Positions 59,029 through 64,000 of a DNA stretch of 64,000 bases are shown here, one piece after another. Made by a program: the position numbers and the translations under genes. Every line of letters begins with the position of its first letter. Positions within the stretch are counted from its first letter, which is position 1. Source of the stretch: Opitutales bacterium (lineage in GTDB: Bacteria > Verrucomicrobiota > Verrucomicrobiia > Opitutales > JABSRG01); NCBI GenBank assembly GCA_049599475.1, contig JBMYOQ010000001.1, positions 96,500 to 160,499 of the forward strand, written 5' to 3'. Under the pieces are notes generated by a model, which did no database searches, had not been told where the DNA came from, and saw only the letters and a list, made by a program, of their open reading frames with translations.

Positions 59029-60333
59029 ATGCGAACCCTGAATGCTAGTGCGCGTGGCTTTGAAAAACGCCTGCTCTCCTTTATTGAAACTGCGAATGAC
59101 CTGTCTGATGTAGCAGGCCCCGTATCGGATGTCCTTTCCGAGATACAGAAACGTGGGAACGAGGCAGTTATCGAATATACTGAGAAATTTGATAAGGTTC
59201 AGCTTACACCGAAAACCTTGCGTGTTCCTAAAGAAGCGCTGAAGGAGGCGGTTAAAGGCCTGAGCAGGGATCAAAAGAAAGCGTTCAAAGCCGCGATAGC
59301 GAATGTCTCCGAATTTCATAAACAAACGCTTCCTAAGTCTTGGAAGGGAAAAAACGCCCACGGAGCCACGGTAGGCGAGCGCTTTTATCCGATTAATCGG
59401 GTCGGCCTCTATGTCCCTGGCGGTCAAGTGCCCTTGGTGTCCACGGTGATTATGACCAGTGTTTTGGCGAAGATCGCGGGTGTGCCAGAGATCGCAGTTG
59501 CCACGCCGCCGACTGCGGCGAATGGCGGGCTGCCTTCGCCTACAATGCTCGCGGCTTTGTCCCTTTGCGGAATCGAAGAAGTTTACTCAATCGGCGGCGC
59601 TCAGGCTATTGGTGCTTTTGGCTACGGGACCCAGACGATAAAGGCCGTAGACAAAGTGTTTGGTCCAGGAAACGCCTTTGTAAACGAGGCCAAGCGTCAA
59701 CTCTTTGGGCGCGTGGGGATTGATCTCCAACCAGGTCCAAGCGAGGTGATGATCATTGCGGACGAGACCGCGAATCCGGTGTTTGTGGCTGCTGACCTCC
59801 TAGCTCAGGCGGAGCACGGAACGGGCAAGGAGAAGGTATATCTCACTGTGCCGAGTCAGGCATTTTTGGATCAAGTGGAGCAAGCCATTCAGGATTTACT
59901 CCCCAGCTGTAGCCACGCAGACGCAATTCGCAAAGTTCTCAAAAAGGGAGCACTCGGCATTATTGCGCTGACATTGGAAGAAGCCGTCAAAGCCGCCAAC
60001 ATCGTGGCTCCCGAACACCTCGAGCTTCAGGTTGAAAGCAAGCAAATCGAACCACTGACCAAAAAAATCACCACTGCGGGTGCCATCCTTCAGGGGCACT
60101 GGACGCCCACAGTCTTGGGCGATTTCACTGCGGGGCCGAGCCACACGCTTCCGACGGGCCGTACCTCTCGTTTCTTCAGTGGTTTGCAGATTACGGACTT
60201 CATGCGTCGTTCAAGTATCGTGAAGTATTCGCGCAGCCAGCTCGAGAAGGCCCAGGCTACCGTAAGTTTGTTCTCCGAGCTCGAGCAACTCGATGCTCAT
60301 GGGAATAGCCTGAATATTCGGCTAGGCGGCTAG
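59029..60333 (+). CDS. hisD: Histidinol dehydrogenase
   Basis: GLYVPGG, GPGNAFV, GPSEV, AQAEH, APEHLEL, GPSHTLPT. Confidence 0.97.
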   Translation: MRTLNASARGFEKRLLSFIETANDLSDVAGPVSDVLSEIQKRGNEAVIEYTEKFDKVQLTPKTLRVPKEALKEAVKGLSRDQKKAFKAAIANVSEFHKQTLPKSWKGKNAHGATVGERFYPINRVGLYVPGGQVPLVSTVIMTSVLAKIAGVPEIAVATPPTAANGGLPSPTMLAALSLCGIEEVYSIGGAQAIGAFGYGTQTIKAVDKVFGPGNAFVNEAKRQLFGRVGIDLQPGPSEVMIIADETANPVFVAADLLAQAEHGTGKEKVYLTVPSQAFLDQVEQAIQDLLPSCSHADAIRKVLKKGALGIIALTLEEAVKAANIVAPEHLELQVESKQIEPLTKKITTAGAILQGHWTPTVLGDFTAGPSHTLPTGRTSRFFSGLQITDFMRRSSIVKYSRSQLEKAQATVSLFSELEQLDAHGNSLNIRLGG

Positions 60334-60423
60334 TTGACGGAATCTTGTCTATATAGCCGTTAGGGTTTTCCTATTGAGCTGAGCCTTCGGAAGAGTTTTT
60401 ATACATCTTCCTTTCTGCTGTGT

Positions 60424-63400
60424 ATGAATGCTTGTTTCCGTTCTCTCCTCCTTGGGTGCGCCGCGTCTGCGTGCCTGCACACGCTCTCTGCTGCCAATGT
60501 CTATTGGGACGGCAGTGAAAACAACGATTGGTTTTTTGGCCTGAACTGGACAGGCAATTTCCCGCCAAGCGATGGTGACGACGTCTATTTCCAAACGGGA
60601 GACGGCACCACGGTAAGCCTGAGCAATATCAACGTTACCATCGACGACTTGTATTTCGGGCACAGCGTAAATGGCGACTACACGCTCACGCTTTCGCACA
60701 ATTTCGCGACCTCGCCAACCCTGACAAATGATCACGCCGCGATCGGTCACAGTTCGGGGAAGAATGGTTATGTCACTCTCTCAAACTCAGCCTATTGGCT
60801 CGGTGATTCCATGGAATTGGGACGTGGCGGCCTCGGTTCACTCACTATCGGATCTAATGCACTCTTCGAGCTGAGCACTTACATGAGCCTCGGTTCATTT
60901 ACGTCGGGTGAGGGTATTCTCGAGGTCAGTGGCACTCTTGACTTGGGAACGAATTTAAACGTCGGTTTCTTCGGCGAAGGGGATGCGACCTTCCAAGGGT
61001 CCAATACATCTTCCATCGGCAGTGAGCTCCGCATCGGCTACGACGACCAATACGGCGCGGCCAATGGCACGGTAACGATCAGTAGCTCAGCTGAGGTGGA
61101 TGTGGCCGGCGCAACCTACGTAGGCCGCGGCGGTGTAGGTAATTTGACTATTCAAAACAGCGGGGTTCTCGATGCCGAGGATGATATCTTCGTCGCGCAG
61201 CTATCGGGCTCCACCGGGGAGATTAACACCACGCACTCCAATACCCGCGTCTACGCTCCAAATATCTATTTCGGAGGCACCGATTCCGTAGATGGCGGGA
61301 CAGCGACTCTCGATCACGACAAGGGACGCATTTACATTGGAAACCGAACTTCCGGCCTCAGCGGCGAAGGGGTTTACATCGGCTCAACCACAAGCGGAAC
61401 GGGCGCGTTCCTAGCGCGCAACGCTGCAACGATCCAGACCACCGGCACTATTGAAGCCGCTAACAATTCCCAAAGTGAAACAGCCAACATCACGCTCCTA
61501 GGCGGCTCCTCTTGGACACATTCGGGTAATGTCGAATGGTCCACAGAGGGAAATTCGGTTGTCAGTCTTACAGATAGTACTTTCTCCGCAAATGGAAGCG
61601 GAACTTGGCTCAGTTATTACTCAGGAGCCGAGCTGGATATTTCCCTGGAGAATTCCGAAATGCGCTTCGAAGACTCCCTCTACATTGGGTACAATCAGAA
61701 CAACGGCAGTTCGGGTACGCTGACACTCTCGATAGATGACGACTCGACTCTCTTTGTAGGCGATTTGACCGCCGGCACTACCCACGATGTGATTCGCATT
61801 GGTAAAAGCTCAAGCGGCAATGCAACCCTTACTCTGGATGACGTAAACCTCTCCTTCGACACGGGCAGCATCAGCATAGGTGGAGCCAGCAACCAAACGG
61901 GCACGCTTGCCCTGCTCGATGACGGCAAGATCACTCTCAACGACAGCACGAATGGCCATGTCTACGTCGGAGGGGGGGCTGGATCCGGATCTGCCACGCT
62001 CACCATGGACGACGCTTTTCTGACAACCGTAGCAGACGTGAAAATTGGCGCTTTGACCTCCACAGGCACGGTTCAACTTACAAACGATTCTCATATCACG
62101 GCCAATAACCTTCAAATCGGAAACACCGGAACAGGCTCCGTTGCCGTCGATGGCGCAAGCTCACTACAAATCACCAACGACATCACTGCTGGCAGTGGCA
62201 CCTCTGGAACGAGCTCACTCGACCTGGACAATGCCGACCTCACCGCGACCAACATGACCCTCGGTAAAACTCGCGGCTTCACCGGCACCTTCAGCAATGG
62301 CGCGCATGTAGACCTCACGGGAACCTTGACCCTATCTCAGACTTCAGGGGACAGCACCCTGACCATAACCGATAGTGAAACACGTCTCGATGCAGCCAAT
62401 CTGGTAGTGGGCAATGACAGCAACGGCAGCGCAACCTTCGACATCCAAGGAGGCGAAGTCAGGCTCACCACCGGAGTCCACGTCGGCGATTTGGGTGTGT
62501 TAGCCATCAACGGCGGATCCCTCTACACGCCAAGCATCACCCGCAGTTCAACGAGCGGTCAGTTCGCCTGGAACAGCGGCTACCTGCAGATAAACGGAGG
62601 CACCGCAGGTTTTGAAAACCAAGAAGACTTCACGCTCAACGGCTTCACTCTCGCGTACAATGGCGCTGATTTAGACCACTCAAATTATGATTTAACAATT
62701 GGCAGCACCTCTGAAGCGACTCTGAAAATTATAAGCGACGCATCCTTCACCGCAAAAGATGTCTTCCTCGGCTCTGAGGAAAACGGAAATGGTATCATCG
62801 ATATCAGCACAGGTTCTGACCAGGTATTTAACGCTCGAAATCTGACCATCGGTAACGCAAACGGCAACGGCACAGGATCGATCGTTTTTAATTCGGAGAC
62901 CAACAAAACATCCGCACTCACGCTGGGCGATGGCGATTTTGGAGATCTGATCGCTGATGAGATAGCCGCTGTTATTGGACTATCCGACAGCTCAGCCACC
63001 GACGGAGGCGTTTTAAACATCGAGAAAGATGTCACATGGGACCTTACTGAATATAGCTATTTGGATATTTTCATCGGGGTAAACGAAGGCGAATTCGGCA
63101 CTATCAATTTATAAGACGGCGCCACTTTCCTAAACACCTATACTAACCTATTTGTTGGAGATGCTGGTGAAGGGACCTTGGCCTTTAATGGTAGTGCATC
63201 ACTTGATACACTAGCTGAAGAAGTGTTTGGGGATGTCTACTTGGGCTACCAATCAACTGGCAGCGGCTCTTGGACAGGTGCCAAAGGTATAATTGACCAG
63301 CTTTACATCGGCTATGAAGGAACCGGCTATCTCGGCATTTCAGCTTCTGAGGATGATCTCATCGTGGACGGTTCTTTTTACGTCGCACGGGAAAGTGGAA

Positions 63401-64000
63401 GCTCGGGTCAGATCGACATTGCGTTGGGTTCAATATATATCGAAGCACTCATATCCCCGTATATTGGATACAATGGCCCTGGCTCTCTTAACATTACCGA
63501 TGGCGGCAGTTTCACTTCCCAAAGAGGACTCCGGGTTGCTTACTACACGGGTGCAAATGACAGCAGTCTAAGCATCAGTAATCGGGGCGAGCTTTCTTTA
63601 GATACAAGCTTATGGTTGGGCTACCAGGGACGTGCCTCGCTCACCCTATCCGACGGTGGCGTGACTACGGTCGGCACTGATTTTTTGGTGAGTGGAAAAA
63701 CCTACCCCAGCAGCTCGGGCGCTTCAATCGTAAGAATAACCGATCCTGGTGACGATGATCCCGGCGACATAGACAAAGTCACTCGGCTAGATATCGCATC
63801 AAACGCCTACCTAGGAGCTGCAACTGCACGCGAAAACGGACGCAGCTATGCAGATTTCTCCATCGATGCCGATAGCCAAATGCGTGTGGGCAATGGCGAT
63901 ACTTCTTCCATCGAAGGAGCCGGAGGAACAGATGGGTACTGTCATTTTGCGGGTCAAAGTGCACCACTCTGGGATGGGGTTTTCATGGGTTTAGGTGCTG
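60424..64000 (+). pseudogene. Large secreted beta-strand-repeat (T5SS/PEP-CTERM-associated type) surface protein with an in-frame TAA at 63112-63114; runs off the window end
   Basis: Signal peptide, WDG..NNDW..NW start, many IG..G.G.L.I repeats; the same frame stays open with the same repeats from 63115 to 64000. Confidence 0.7.

Noticed and set aside
63112..63114. Selenocysteine or pyrrolysine recoding of the internal stop
   Set aside because: The codon is TAA, not TGA or TAG, and TAA is a normal stop throughout this window

Overview
Bacterial chromosomal window, most consistent with Verrucomicrobiota (Opitutales-like). This is inferred from the PEP-CTERM gene, the fusA-rpsJ junction without tuf, and the lack of rpmD. 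In order it holds: (1) type II secretion pseudopilin genes gspG/H/I/J/K downstream of cutA-tmk-holB; (2) glutaredoxin and uvrA; (3) a sigma54-like promoter, a Trp-rich leader peptide and an attenuator-like structure ahead of a methyltransferase and a DJ-1/PhzF fusion; (4) ilvA; (5) an 8-gene bacillithiol-type locus (DUF2911, secreted PIG-L deacetylase, 36-aa membrane peptide, Na+:solute symporter, half-length BshC-like protein, BshB1, BshA, TlpA); (6) a kinase- and receptor-less chemosensory-like cassette (CheW, CheD, two HDOD, CheX, REC-pseudoREC-STAS); (7) an orphan SLOG-4TM protein and two DUF3016-like genes; (8) fabD-lepA-lepB and an ABC1 kinase/phasin pair; (9) the str/S10/spc/alpha ribosomal superoperon, split by a PEP-CTERM gene and carrying an extra exported-protein gene between rpsS and rplV; (10) guaA, a LolA-like gene, hisD, and a large beta-strand-repeat surface protein broken by an in-frame TAA. 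No rRNA, tRNA, CRISPR array or transposase was seen. All calls come from visual motif recognition; no searches were run.
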